Shown: piece after piece, positions 9,548 through 20,029 of the stretch | Layout of the letters: every line of letters begins with the position of its first letter | How positions within the stretch are numbered: the first letter of the stretch is position 1 | Source: Clostridia bacterium | Lineage (GTDB): Bacteria; Bacillota; Clostridia; Oscillospirales; CAG-272 | Assembly: GCA_017625935.1 (NCBI GenBank) | Contig: JAGALA010000015.1 | Coordinates: forward strand, 7,696 to 71,695 | Direction: 5' to 3' | DNA length: 64,000 nucleotides | Notes under the pieces: generated by a model | Database searches by the model: none | What the model saw: the letters and a program-made list of their open reading frames with translations, nothing else | What the model was told of the DNA's origin: nothing | Translations under genes and position numbers: made by a program

Positions 9548-12209
9548 TCCGTATTTACTACTCCTTGCTATACCTCTTTTGCTCCTTGTTATAATTCCGT
9601 TTGTAATTGCGATAAGGAAGGAAAACAGACAAAAGAGCGCAGTTGCTTCACTTATTTTGCATATTGTTATCGTTTGCCTCGTGACCTTAGCGGCGGCGGG
9701 CACAAAGGTAACAACCGTGCTTACCGAAACAACGGTTTACGTTGTGGCGGACGTATCGTATTCATCCGAGCGAGAGCTTGACCGCGTTGACGGCTACATT
9801 AAGGAAATGTCCGAGAATTTGCCGAAGAACACAAAGCTCGGCGTTGTATGCTTCGGCGGTGACTCCGTGCTTCTTTACGAGGCGGGAGAGGAGCCAAGGA
9901 GCGTAAAGGAAGCCGTGGTTGATAAGAGCGCAACCGATATAGCAAGTGCGCTTAAGGAAACCGCACTTCTTTATAAGGATGACGTAATCAAGAAAATGGT
10001 TTTGATTTCGGACGGTAAATCAACTGACGAAAACAGCCGAGGCGCGCTTATCTCCGCTATGGAATCGCTTGAGCAGAAAAACATTTCACTTGATGCAATT
10101 TTTATTGACAGTACAATTGAGGAAAATGAGCGCGAGGTTCAGGTTTCCGATATAGACGCAACACAAAAGACGTATCTTGATACGGACAGCGAGGCGAAGG
10201 TGCTCCTTCAGTCAAGCTACGAGGGACAGGTAAAGATGACGCTTTACGTTAAGGGTCCCGACAGCGAGGAATACGAAGCAAGGCCGTTTACGGTTGAGCG
10301 CGTAACCTACGGCTACAATATGATAAGAATTCCGCTTGAAACGTCCGAATCAGGCGTATATAGCTACCGCGTGGAGATTTCCCCCGAGAGCGATATTTGC
10401 CCCGAGAACAACTCGTTTGTTTTCACGCAGGAAATAGACCCCGAAATTGATATTCTTTTAGTAACGGAAAAGCAGGACGATATTGACTCGCTCACCGCGC
10501 TTTACGGCGAACGCGCAAACGTCAACGCGGTTTTGGTAAGACCCGGCAAGCCGCTTACCACCCTGCCTTATACGGTTGAGGAGCTTTCCGCTTACGACGA
10601 GATTATCATTTCAAACGTCGATATAAGAGCACTACCTAACGTGACTTCGTTCTTATACGCGGTTGAAACCGTTGTTTCACAGCTCGGCAAGAATTTAACC
10701 ACGATGGGCAACCTTGAAATTCAGAATAAGGACGACAAAAATCTCGGCGCGCTTTCGGATATGTTAGCTGTAAGCTACGGCAACCAGAATAGCGACGTTA
10801 AGATGTACACGCTCGTGCTTGATACCTCACACAGTATGAACCAGGCATATAAGTTCAGGGCAATGAAGGAGGCGGCAAAGTCACTCCTTTCACTCCTTGC
10901 CGATGACGATATGGTATGCGTTATCACCTTCTCGGGCAACGTTGAAACGCTTCAACCGCCTGTAAGAGTGGGGGATAAGAGAAATCAAATTTCAGAGCTT
11001 ATTGACAACTTAAAGCCCGAGCAGGGCACGTTCCTTGGAACAGCTATGGCGCGCGCTTGCACTATTATGCAATCTTACGACTACAAGGAAAAGCAGATTA
11101 TGATTGTAACCGACGGTAAGACCAACGAGTACGACAAGAATCCGCTTCAGGTTGCACGTGAGCTTAGGGCATTCGGAATAGTTGCTTCAACGATTAATAT
11201 TTCAACACCCGATGAACAATCAATTGCAATACTTGAAAATATTGCAAAGACGGCGGGCGGAAATTATTTCTATCTTGAGGACGTTGACGAGGTAGAGGAT
11301 TTAATCTTTGCCGAGGTTGCCGACGAGGTGACAGAGGTGATGATTGAAAAGGATACACCTGTTCACATTGAGCAAATGAAGGATTCCTTGCTTACAGGCT
11401 TTAAGGGCGAGGACGACGACATTTTGGTTGTTCCAAACGTACAGGGCTACATTCAGACAAGTGCTAAGGTTGATGCAACCGTTGTTTTAAGCGTTGACTA
11501 CGAAAAGGAAAGCGCAACGGTAAGAGTTCCGCTTTATGCTTGGCGTGAATACGGAAACGGACGTGTTGCAACTCTTGCGACAAATCCGTCTGGCGAGTGG
11601 ATTCAGGGCTGGGATGACGAGTTTAAGACAGCTATCTTTGGAAATATGGTAAAATCCAACCTTCCCGTAAAGAAAATCGACTTCCCGTTTGAAATTACAA
11701 CAGAGGATAAGGGCACAACGAGCCATATTACCGTTACTCCGTCAAGCTTGCGTGCCGACGGCGTGGTGACAATGGTTGTGACAATGCCAAACGGCGAGGT
11801 TAGCGAGCCAATCACACTTACGTTTGATACACAAAAATACTTTACCGAGCTTGATATTACCGAGCGCGGCACATACAAGCTTTCATTTAATTATTCATAT
11901 GACGAAAATAGGGACGGTATAGATGCCACATTATATAAGACGGTATCGTACGAGCCCGAATACAATATGTTCGAGAGCTATTCGGCGTCCTCACTCCACT
12001 CATTTGTGAGCGGTGTTGTACGCGAGGAGAGCGGAATAATCATTGAAAGCGACGAGGATGACTTAGCAACCTACGAATACAGCTTTGTTATTCCTTTCAT
12101 GATTGCATCGCTTGTTATTTTCGTTTGCGACGTTGCAATACGTGTAATTAAATTAAAGAAAAAAGCAAAGGACGGCGCACACGCCAAGAAAAGAGAGGGG
12201 GCAAGATAA
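9525..12209 (+). CDS. Membrane protein with two VWA domains
   Basis: N-terminal TM pair, DVSYS...LISDG and DTSHSM...VTDG VWA motifs, YGNGRVA motif, C-terminal TM. Start at ATG 9525. Confidence 0.8.
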   Translation: MRSVNFDNPYLLLLAIPLLLLVIIPFVIAIRKENRQKSAVASLILHIVIVCLVTLAAAGTKVTTVLTETTVYVVADVSYSSERELDRVDGYIKEMSENLPKNTKLGVVCFGGDSVLLYEAGEEPRSVKEAVVDKSATDIASALKETALLYKDDVIKKMVLISDGKSTDENSRGALISAMESLEQKNISLDAIFIDSTIEENEREVQVSDIDATQKTYLDTDSEAKVLLQSSYEGQVKMTLYVKGPDSEEYEARPFTVERVTYGYNMIRIPLETSESGVYSYRVEISPESDICPENNSFVFTQEIDPEIDILLVTEKQDDIDSLTALYGERANVNAVLVRPGKPLTTLPYTVEELSAYDEIIISNVDIRALPNVTSFLYAVETVVSQLGKNLTTMGNLEIQNKDDKNLGALSDMLAVSYGNQNSDVKMYTLVLDTSHSMNQAYKFRAMKEAAKSLLSLLADDDMVCVITFSGNVETLQPPVRVGDKRNQISELIDNLKPEQGTFLGTAMARACTIMQSYDYKEKQIMIVTDGKTNEYDKNPLQVARELRAFGIVASTINISTPDEQSIAILENIAKTAGGNYFYLEDVDEVEDLIFAEVADEVTEVMIEKDTPVHIEQMKDSLLTGFKGEDDDILVVPNVQGYIQTSAKVDATVVLSVDYEKESATVRVPLYAWREYGNGRVATLATNPSGEWIQGWDDEFKTAIFGNMVKSNLPVKKIDFPFEITTEDKGTTSHITVTPSSLRADGVVTMVVTMPNGEVSEPITLTFDTQKYFTELDITERGTYKLSFNYSYDENRDGIDATLYKTVSYEPEYNMFESYSASSLHSFVSGVVREESGIIIESDEDDLATYEYSFVIPFMIASLVIFVCDVAIRVIKLKKKAKDGAHAKKREGAR

Positions 12210-12210
12210 A

Positions 12211-13836
12211 ATGAAAAACGTAAAAAGAATTTTATCACTTATTTTAGCTCTTGCCTTTATCTTGTCCTTGAGTGCGTGCGGTATATTCAAGCCGCCTGTT
12301 AATACGGACACAAATTCCGACACGTCAGGTGGCGACACAAATACCGACACCCCGGGAACGGGTGATGTTGAGCTTAGCGAGGACGCGTTTACCGTTTCCC
12401 TTCGCTACCACGGCACGCCGTATATACCGACAGAGGAAATCACCGTTTTTTGGACGGGAGAAAAGAACATTGCATCGGCTAAGATAAATTCCAAGGGAAT
12501 TGCGGGTGTTGAGGGTCTTGACGGCGACTATCGCGTTACGCTTTCAAATTTGCCCGCGCGCTTGGCGTACAACCCGAATATTTATACTGCCACGAATGAT
12601 GAAAGAAATATCGTAATCGATATTTACGATATTCAAAGGACAACGGGCAAGGGCACGGGAATTTATCAGTGCATTGAAATTACAAAAACCGCGGTTTATG
12701 AGGTGGAGCTGACGAGCCCCGAGCACATAGTTTACTATGAATTCCATCCAACCACACCCGGAAATTACACAATCGAGAGCTGGATGGACACAACGGCTGA
12801 AAAGTACAACCCCTACTGCGAGACATACACAGGCACGTTTGCGGCAAAGTGGTTTGACAAAACCGTTGACGGCGGCGGCAGTGAGGGAATTTACACCAAA
12901 AACTTCCTAAACGGTATCAATCTTTCACAGGATATGATAGGAAACGTCCTAACGTACGGCGTCAGGGTTGATGCAAAGAACCAGGATAACTACCCTGTAA
13001 AGGTTGTCTTTGCAATACAGGTTGACGGCGGCTTTGGAGATAGCGGTGCCTTTGCAGAGTACGATATGTACGTAAAGCAGGAGTCGGCAGAAACCTATCT
13101 TGCGGGCAAAATTGAGTACGATAAGACAAAATATGAGCTTGTCGGCCCCGAGAAGCCGCTTGAGGGCAGAGTTGACGCTTATATCTTTGACGAAACGATG
13201 TATAAGCTTTGGAAAAAGGAGGACGGAGGCGACAACTTCTACCACCTTTATAACGAGGAGGAGTACCCCGAAACGGGCGGCTACGGTCCTATTTTGTACG
13301 CTTATATTTCAACTGCACCGAGATTTATTGACAGAGCATTCACGTTTATCGAGCAGGAGTCAAAGCCACTCTCAATCAAGTTTCCCGACGGCACAAGGAT
13401 AAATTACAAGCACTTTATCGAGGGCTACACAGCGCTCGCAACGCGTAACGAGGCACAGTATAACGGCGGCAGCTACTACTGCGATGAGTACTGTCCGTGT
13501 CATTTGGGTCAGGATTACGGTCTTGCCTGCACGAGCGACTGTCCCGACGAGTTTTGCCGAAACAACTGCCGTCATATAAAGGCGGAGAACATCGGCTTTG
13601 AGGGAATTCAGTCCTATGCAAACAGCGACGGCTTAGTTGCGGTGACACAGGAGATAAAGGACTTCCTTTATCAGTTCAGCGTAAACCAAAGATACTTTGC
13701 CGACGGTGAGGGCTGGGTTGAAACAACAGGCTTTGTAATGTGGGACGAAAACGGAGTAGCCCACAAATGCACAATAGACTCAAACGATGCATCTCAATGG
13801 CTCTATGCGTGTGCATATTATAAGGAAATAAAATAA
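12211..13836 (+). CDS. Lipoprotein of unknown function with a Cys cluster
   Basis: Lipobox LSAC, Thr/Asp linker, Cys cluster CDEYCPCH...CTSDCPDEFCRNNCRH. Confidence 0.65.
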   Translation: MKNVKRILSLILALAFILSLSACGIFKPPVNTDTNSDTSGGDTNTDTPGTGDVELSEDAFTVSLRYHGTPYIPTEEITVFWTGEKNIASAKINSKGIAGVEGLDGDYRVTLSNLPARLAYNPNIYTATNDERNIVIDIYDIQRTTGKGTGIYQCIEITKTAVYEVELTSPEHIVYYEFHPTTPGNYTIESWMDTTAEKYNPYCETYTGTFAAKWFDKTVDGGGSEGIYTKNFLNGINLSQDMIGNVLTYGVRVDAKNQDNYPVKVVFAIQVDGGFGDSGAFAEYDMYVKQESAETYLAGKIEYDKTKYELVGPEKPLEGRVDAYIFDETMYKLWKKEDGGDNFYHLYNEEEYPETGGYGPILYAYISTAPRFIDRAFTFIEQESKPLSIKFPDGTRINYKHFIEGYTALATRNEAQYNGGSYYCDEYCPCHLGQDYGLACTSDCPDEFCRNNCRHIKAENIGFEGIQSYANSDGLVAVTQEIKDFLYQFSVNQRYFADGEGWVETTGFVMWDENGVAHKCTIDSNDASQWLYACAYYKEIK

Positions 13837-13857
13837 TTTAATTTGCAAAATTTTTAA

Positions 13858-13892
13858 TTTGTCTTAAGCGGGCGATTGCCCGCTTGGGCAAA
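13858..13892 (+). other. Intercistronic stem-loop without a U tail
   Basis: TTTGTCTTAAGCGGGC-GATT-GCCCGCTTGGGCAAA between co-oriented genes. Confidence 0.5.
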
Positions 13893-13909
13893 ATATTAAG
13901 GAGAGAAAA

Positions 13910-16900
13910 ATGAAAAGAAGAATAGCTTTAGCTATGGCACTTGTTTTCACGCTTGCTATTGTATTCGTGCTTGCGTCCTGCGGTGGTGATGAGGGCTGTA
14001 AAAATCATACATACAGCACCGAATATACAACCGACGCATACGGACACTGGTACGTTTCAACCTGTGGCTGTGAGGGCGAGGTTGCCAACTACGGCGCGCA
14101 TAAGGATGAGGACAAAAACGGCAAATGCGACGTTTGCGAGTACGTGATTTGTGCTCACACATTTGCAAACGAGTGGTCAAGTGACGAAAACGGACACTAC
14201 TACGCTTCGACCTGCGAATGCGCACCTCAAAAATCAAACGAATCAGCTCACGTTGATGAAAACAAGGACGGCGTTTGTGACGTTTGTAAGTACGTTGTTT
14301 GCTCACACGAGTACGCAACCGAATGGTCAAGTGACGAAACAAACCACTGGAAAGCACCTGTGTGCGGCTGCGAAATTGATTCAAAGAGCTTCGGCGCACA
14401 CGTCGACTCAAACAAGGACGGTAACTGTGACACCTGCGCTTACGTTGTTTGCGCTCACACCTACGAGAGTGAGTGGTCAAGCGACGGAGCATACCACTGG
14501 TACGAAGCAACCTGCGGCTGTGACGTTGTTAAGGACAAGAAAGAGCACGAGGCGGGTGAGGATGAAACAGTCTGCGGTACCTGCGGTGCAAATATTTGCA
14601 AGCATACCTACGAGGATACCCTTTCATATGACGATACCTACCACTGGTACGCATCAAGCTGCGGCTGTGACGTTGTCAAGGACAAGGCAGAGCATACCTG
14701 GTCAAGCGCGTGGGAAAAGGACGGCACAGGACACTGGCACAAGACAGAGTGCGGCTGTGATGTTATAAGCTCAGTCGAGGAGCACTTTGACAGCGACGAT
14801 GAGGACTCACGCTGTGACAAGTGCGGTCAGATCGACTTTGCGTCCCTCATTGGCAATATTGACGAATATGTTGGCGAGGAAAGAAACCAAATAGACAGTA
14901 AGGTTGACGAAAAGGATCCGATTTACGATAACAAAATTTCAACCTCTCAGTCAATCAAGATTTACGACGATTATATTTTAGTGTTAGATGGCTTTGGTAA
15001 CAAAAAGTACATCTCATACTGCGGAGAGAACAACTCTATTCCGTTCGTTGTTAACGTGGATTCGGGCAATTTGGCACAAAGAGAGCTTGACTATGACGAT
15101 TCAAGTCTTTTAAGCTTCTACGGCGTTTGCGAGATTGCAGCAGGCACTTCCCTCGAGGAATATTTGATTTCGCTTTACAATCTCGGCGTAAGTGAAAACG
15201 CAAGCAGCTTTAACTACCTTTGCGATGAGGAAAATTCCAAATATTCATTCTCATACTTCTACGATGCAGGCTACGTATATGCAGACGTTGTAGTTGAGTT
15301 TACCCTTGACGAAGAGAGAATGGGCGTTACCTCACTCACACTTGACGAAAAAAGATATGACCACGATACATACGTGATGGGCGAAACTAACGTAGTTACG
15401 TATACTGTAAAGCAGACGATAACTCAAGGCTTTGGCGACCCAATGGATTCAACTGATGCGAAAAATCCATACGCTGCAAGCAAATACTTGTTTAGCGAGC
15501 TTATTCTCTTTATTGCGGAGAAAAAATTTGACGGCACGTACGCTCCTACAAGCGAGCAAATTACCGAGGGCTGCACAGTAATTATTGCGCCTGAATACGC
15601 AAACGGCTTGCGCCTTATGCTCGGTACTAACCAAGCACACTATGCAGAGTTCAACCGCTACACCGTTGAATCAAACGGACTTGAGGCGGGCTGGACAAAC
15701 TACCCAATCTTTATGTACGCAACAAAGGGCGGCACGTACGAGGTTACGGTTTCTAACGAGCTTACCTCAATTTCATTTACAGTTGTTGCAGAATATAAGG
15801 CACCTACAACGCTCAGACCTGCCGTTGTGGTTGACGACGAAAAGGTAAGAGTGAAGGAATACTCAATTTATAGCGGTCTTGAATTTGTTGTCGGCGTTTT
15901 GGCAAACTCCGCAGCTGAAAGCCCGTTTGTAAATATGCCTACCGTATCAAAGGGTGACGCTTCAAAGATTACCTTCACTAAGGACGGTGAAAACTGGATT
16001 GCCGTTGCTTCCGAGGCGGGTGAATACGAGCTTACATTCGTTTCCGCGCTTGACGAAAGCATAACCGCAACACTCCCACTTACAGTTCTTGAAATTCCGA
16101 CAGCAGCTGATATCTTAAACGGCTACTATGAGCTTTCAGAAAACGATATGTCAATGATAGGTAGCATTAAGTTCACACCTGTCGAGGCAGGCGCATCAAG
16201 CGGTACAGCTGTTCTTAAGATCACAATCCCCGGCAACCCAATGCTCGGCATGCCTGATGAGGTATGGGAGGCGACCGTTTCATACGCATATGAAAACGGC
16301 GGAATCGTTCTTTCGGGCACAGAGGGTGACGACGTTTCACAGTTCGCACTTAAAATCAGCGACAGATACGTTCTTACTCTTGTAAGAACTCCTTACCCCG
16401 AAATGCCTGATTATATCGAGGAATACGAGTTCTTTGCAACCGAAGAGATTATCATAAAAGACCCAACCGAAAATCCGTTCACAATGAACGTTGTGGAAAC
16501 ATATCAATATCACGAGAGCAATGCGTTTATCTTCGTTGCGGGCGAGGCAGGCAAGTACGTATTTAACGTTCCTGCGGGCTACGGCTTGAAGGTAAATTCA
16601 TCCGAAAAGGTTCACTATCTCAATAATGTAAGCGGCTTTGAGTTCTCACTTGACTTGAAGGAGCGTCAGGAGGTAACGTTTATTCCTATGGCGGCTAAAG
16701 TCGGCGAGGTTACAATGTACTTCCACATTGAAAAGGAAACAGTATTGACTGACGCAAACGGCCTTGGCGGCACATATACCTTCGTGGCACTTTCTCAGTT
16801 TGAATTGACGTTCACTCCAAGTGCATCGGGCGCTACAAGCGGTGTTCTTACAGTTAAGGATCCTATCAACATCAACAGATCCGGCAGCTTCTCCTACACA

Positions 16901-17665
16901 ATCGTAGACGGTGACTACGTCTTTAGCGAGGATGCGGGCGTGTTCATCACAAAGGACGTAATCGGCAGCTGGTCCTTCCAAAACGCAAGCTTGAGTAAGC
17001 CCTATCAGTTCTCAGGTCCAACCTCATACGTTGAGCCAACCGTGCAAGAAATTCCGTATAACGGCTACAAGGACGAAAACAAGCTCGGCGGCATCTACAC
17101 AGTTACCGCCCTCGGAAATGAATATAAGCTTATCATCGTTCCTTCAGCTGACGGCGGCGACGGCAACGGTATGCTTCAAATATACAACCCCGCAAGCGGA
17201 AAGTATAGCGAGCCATATAGCTACTTGGAAATATGCAACGAATACTTCTTTGATGATGCAAGTGTTGCAATATACAGAGAAAATGACAAATGGCTTATAA
17301 AAGCAGAAGGTCTTAACGGTGTTGAATTTGCTGATGCGACAGTTGAGGTAAAACCGCAAAGTAACGTGCTTGTAATCGGTTCAAATACAATCAAGCTTAC
17401 CCCTGTGGACATAGCTAACGGCGGTAAGGAATTCACAATAACACCAAGCGCGAAGGGCGAATTTACCTTTGATGGCGACGTTGATGTTTATGTTAGATAT
17501 GGCGACAATCTCGTGAAAGTATCCGGCAAGATTGTTGTTGAAAAGGGTGTAACATATACGGTTGTTATCACTACAAACGGTCCTGCGGGTGCATATTTAC
17601 TCAATGTCAACTTCATTCAGTACACAGGCGGTGGAATGGGCGAATTACCTGACGATGAGCTTTAA
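13910..17665 (+). CDS. Large surface lipoprotein with N-terminal Cys/His repeats and beta-rich domains
   Basis: Lipobox LASC. Six D-x3-H(W/Y)-x4-C-x-C units, several followed by H-x-D-x3-(D/N)G-x-CD-x-C. Beta-rich remainder. Confidence 0.7.
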   Translation: MKRRIALAMALVFTLAIVFVLASCGGDEGCKNHTYSTEYTTDAYGHWYVSTCGCEGEVANYGAHKDEDKNGKCDVCEYVICAHTFANEWSSDENGHYYASTCECAPQKSNESAHVDENKDGVCDVCKYVVCSHEYATEWSSDETNHWKAPVCGCEIDSKSFGAHVDSNKDGNCDTCAYVVCAHTYESEWSSDGAYHWYEATCGCDVVKDKKEHEAGEDETVCGTCGANICKHTYEDTLSYDDTYHWYASSCGCDVVKDKAEHTWSSAWEKDGTGHWHKTECGCDVISSVEEHFDSDDEDSRCDKCGQIDFASLIGNIDEYVGEERNQIDSKVDEKDPIYDNKISTSQSIKIYDDYILVLDGFGNKKYISYCGENNSIPFVVNVDSGNLAQRELDYDDSSLLSFYGVCEIAAGTSLEEYLISLYNLGVSENASSFNYLCDEENSKYSFSYFYDAGYVYADVVVEFTLDEERMGVTSLTLDEKRYDHDTYVMGETNVVTYTVKQTITQGFGDPMDSTDAKNPYAASKYLFSELILFIAEKKFDGTYAPTSEQITEGCTVIIAPEYANGLRLMLGTNQAHYAEFNRYTVESNGLEAGWTNYPIFMYATKGGTYEVTVSNELTSISFTVVAEYKAPTTLRPAVVVDDEKVRVKEYSIYSGLEFVVGVLANSAAESPFVNMPTVSKGDASKITFTKDGENWIAVASEAGEYELTFVSALDESITATLPLTVLEIPTAADILNGYYELSENDMSMIGSIKFTPVEAGASSGTAVLKITIPGNPMLGMPDEVWEATVSYAYENGGIVLSGTEGDDVSQFALKISDRYVLTLVRTPYPEMPDYIEEYEFFATEEIIIKDPTENPFTMNVVETYQYHESNAFIFVAGEAGKYVFNVPAGYGLKVNSSEKVHYLNNVSGFEFSLDLKERQEVTFIPMAAKVGEVTMYFHIEKETVLTDANGLGGTYTFVALSQFELTFTPSASGATSGVLTVKDPININRSGSFSYTIVDGDYVFSEDAGVFITKDVIGSWSFQNASLSKPYQFSGPTSYVEPTVQEIPYNGYKDENKLGGIYTVTALGNEYKLIIVPSADGGDGNGMLQIYNPASGKYSEPYSYLEICNEYFFDDASVAIYRENDKWLIKAEGLNGVEFADATVEVKPQSNVLVIGSNTIKLTPVDIANGGKEFTITPSAKGEFTFDGDVDVYVRYGDNLVKVSGKIVVEKGVTYTVVITTNGPAGAYLLNVNFIQYTGGGMGELPDDEL

Positions 17666-17690
17666 TTTAATAAATTAACATTTTATTAGC

Positions 17691-17762
17691 AAAGAACCGA
17701 TTGACGCGTTTGCGTCAATCGGTTCTTTTGTAAAAAAGCCATCGGCAAACCGATGGCTTTTT
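17691..17762. terminator. Two adjacent terminator hairpins between convergent genes
   Basis: AAAGAACCGATTGACGC-GTTT-GCGTCAATCGGTTCTTT and AAAAAGCCATCGG-CAAA-CCGATGGCTTTTT. Confidence 0.85.
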
Positions 17763-17773
17763 ATATGTGTTAA

Positions 17774-19216
17774 TCAATTATCCTTTTCGCGCATTTCTTC
17801 CACCTTGAATTCAAACCAGAAGATGCTGCCAACGCCTATTTCGCTTGAAACGCCGAAGCGCGATTCGTGAATAAGCAGGATGTTTTTTACAATTGAAAGA
17901 CCGAGGCCCGTGCCGTGAATTGCACGCTTGTGCACCTTGTCAATTTTGTAGTAGCGGTCCCAGATGAGCGGCAAGTTTTCCTCGCTTATGCCCTCGCCCG
18001 AGTCGATAACCGAGATTCGGACAATACCGTCCGTCACCTCTTGCAAAATCCTTACCGTTTTGTCCTCGCCCGTGTAGTTTATCGCGTTGTTTACAAGGTT
18101 GTAAACAACCTGTAAAAGGCGTGTTTCGTCCGCGTTTATAAAGACCTCGCAGTCGTAGTCAAAGGTAACCGTGTAGCCCTTGTGCTCAAGCAGCTTTTCA
18201 TATCTCTTTACCGTTTCGACAACCGATTTGGTAAGTGAAATCTTGGTCATATTTATTGACTGCGTGCCCGACTGAAGCTTGGAAACGGTCAAAAGGTCGT
18301 TTACAAGTGAGTTTAGGCGCGCCGTTTCGTCAATGATAATTTGCATATTCTCGGGTGTTCGCTCGTCGGGAAAGTCACGCATAACCTCGCTGTAGCCCGA
18401 AATCATAGTTAAGGGCGTTCTTAAATCGTGCGAGATGTTTGCAATAAGCTCCTTTTGAGTTGCGCTAAGCTTTTTTAATTCCCCTGTGGCTGCGTTTAGC
18501 GCCTCGGCAAGCTCGCAAACCTCCTTAGGGCCCTTTTCCTCGAAGGTCACGTCGTAGTCATAAAGAGATAAGCTCTTTGCCTTCTTGTAAATTTGCGAAA
18601 TCGGGTTTGAAATCCTTCTTGAAATGATAAAGGAAAGCACCACCGAGATAACAAGCGCAAAAACGGAAATTAAAAGGAGTAGCAGCTGAAACGCAAACTT
18701 TGTGAGTGCGGGCGGCTGTGCATCTGTGTTTATTATAATCATATGCGAGGGAGTGCCGTCCTCAAATTCACCTGCGAGCTTTACGTAAATAAACTCGAAG
18801 TCGCCTCCCGTTATATATTCGCGGTTCTCGCTTTGATATGCAAAGCGCATAAGCTCGGTAAGCATTTCCTTGTTTTCCTCGCCGTTTACCGTCGAAATTA
18901 CGTTATTGCCGTAGAGGTATAAAAATTCCTCACTAAAATTCTCCGAAATCGGCACAATGGCAATTGAAATATCGTCGCCGTACTGCCCCGAGGCACTCTC
19001 AAGGTAGCTGCCAAGGTTGGGGTCGTCGATTTTAGATGAAATATCGTTTGAAATGTTCGTTACGGTGTTTTCCTTAACGGCTCTGAACACAATTCTTAAA
19101 AACATTGCTTGGAAAAGCCAAAGCGACGCAATTAAGACAAGGGAAAAGGCAATCATCGAAATAAAAATATGTAAATTAATCGACAGATGCTTTCTTTTTA
19201 CGGATTTAGCTTTCAT
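17774..19216 (-). CDS. Sensor histidine kinase (2 TM, HAMP, HisKA, HATPase)
   Basis: SHDLRTPLT H-box, NLVNNAINY, DSGEGI, GTGLGLSI. Confidence 0.93.
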   Translation of the reverse strand: MKAKSVKRKHLSINLHIFISMIAFSLVLIASLWLFQAMFLRIVFRAVKENTVTNISNDISSKIDDPNLGSYLESASGQYGDDISIAIVPISENFSEEFLYLYGNNVISTVNGEENKEMLTELMRFAYQSENREYITGGDFEFIYVKLAGEFEDGTPSHMIIINTDAQPPALTKFAFQLLLLLISVFALVISVVLSFIISRRISNPISQIYKKAKSLSLYDYDVTFEEKGPKEVCELAEALNAATGELKKLSATQKELIANISHDLRTPLTMISGYSEVMRDFPDERTPENMQIIIDETARLNSLVNDLLTVSKLQSGTQSINMTKISLTKSVVETVKRYEKLLEHKGYTVTFDYDCEVFINADETRLLQVVYNLVNNAINYTGEDKTVRILQEVTDGIVRISVIDSGEGISEENLPLIWDRYYKIDKVHKRAIHGTGLGLSIVKNILLIHESRFGVSSEIGVGSIFWFEFKVEEMREKDN

Positions 19217-19902
19217 TTTTCCTCAAAGCGGTAGCCCATACCGCGGATTGTAACTATAAAATCACTGTACTTGCCAAGGCTTTTTCTCAAAATCTTGATG
19301 TGAGTGTCAAGGGTTCGGTCATCGCCGAAAAAGTCGTAGCCCCATACGTCAGAGAGCAGCTTGTCACGTGAAAGGGCGATATTCTTGTTTCTTAGCATAT
19401 AGAAGAAAAGCTCGTATTCCTTTGGCGACATATTTGCGCGCTCACCGTCGATGTAAACAATTCTTGCGGTAAAATCCGCAACCAAGCCGCCGTTTGCCAA
19501 GGAAACTATCTCGTTTTTGTTTTCTTCCTTCTTTTCGCTTGCACGCGCACGCTTCATAATAGCGTCAACGCGGAGCATAAGCTCTTTTGGCGAAAACGGC
19601 TTAACAACATAATCGTCAATTCCGATTTCAAAGCCGTTTATCTTGTCGTATTCCTCACCGCGTGCGGAAAGCATAATGATAGGCACGTTGCTCGTTTCGC
19701 GAATCTTGCGTGAAGCGGAGAAGCCGTCAAGCTCGGGCATCATAATATCCATAATAACGATATCAAACTTATCCCTTGAGAATTTCATTACGGCGTCCAT
19801 ACCGTTAGACGCCTCGGTAACGGTGTGCCCTTCAAATTCGGCATATTTACGGATGAGCTTTCTTATCATATCCTCATCATCAACAATTAAAATATTGTAC
19901 AT
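19213..19902 (-). CDS. OmpR/PhoB-family response regulator
   Basis: ILIVDDE, MDIMMPELDG, DDYVVKPFSP, winged helix RTLDTHIKILR...TIRGMGY. ATG 19902 follows GAGGTG. Confidence 0.95.
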   Translation of the reverse strand: MYNILIVDDEDMIRKLIRKYAEFEGHTVTEASNGMDAVMKFSRDKFDIVIMDIMMPELDGFSASRKIRETSNVPIIMLSARGEEYDKINGFEIGIDDYVVKPFSPKELMLRVDAIMKRARASEKKEENKNEIVSLANGGLVADFTARIVYIDGERANMSPKEYELFFYMLRNKNIALSRDKLLSDVWGYDFFGDDRTLDTHIKILRKSLGKYSDFIVTIRGMGYRFEEK

Positions 19903-19920
19903 TATAATCACCTCTATAAT

Positions 19921-19949
19921 ATTTTATCATATATAAATTCAAATTTCAA
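19921..19949 (-). promoter_or_regulatory. SigA-type promoter of the two-component operon
   Basis: Minus strand TTGAAA-17 nt-TAAAAT with TG extension. Confidence 0.6.
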
Positions 19950-19983
19950 TATAGTATTTATTTGTGCCAAAAAGGTGTCAAGG

Positions 19984-20025
19984 AAACCAAAAACGCACCC
20001 CAAGTGAGAAGTGCGTTTTTGGTTT
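19984..20025. terminator. Terminator-like hairpin
   Basis: AAACCAAAAACGCAC-12 nt-GTGCGTTTTTGGTTT. Confidence 0.75.
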
Positions 20026-20029
20026 TATA

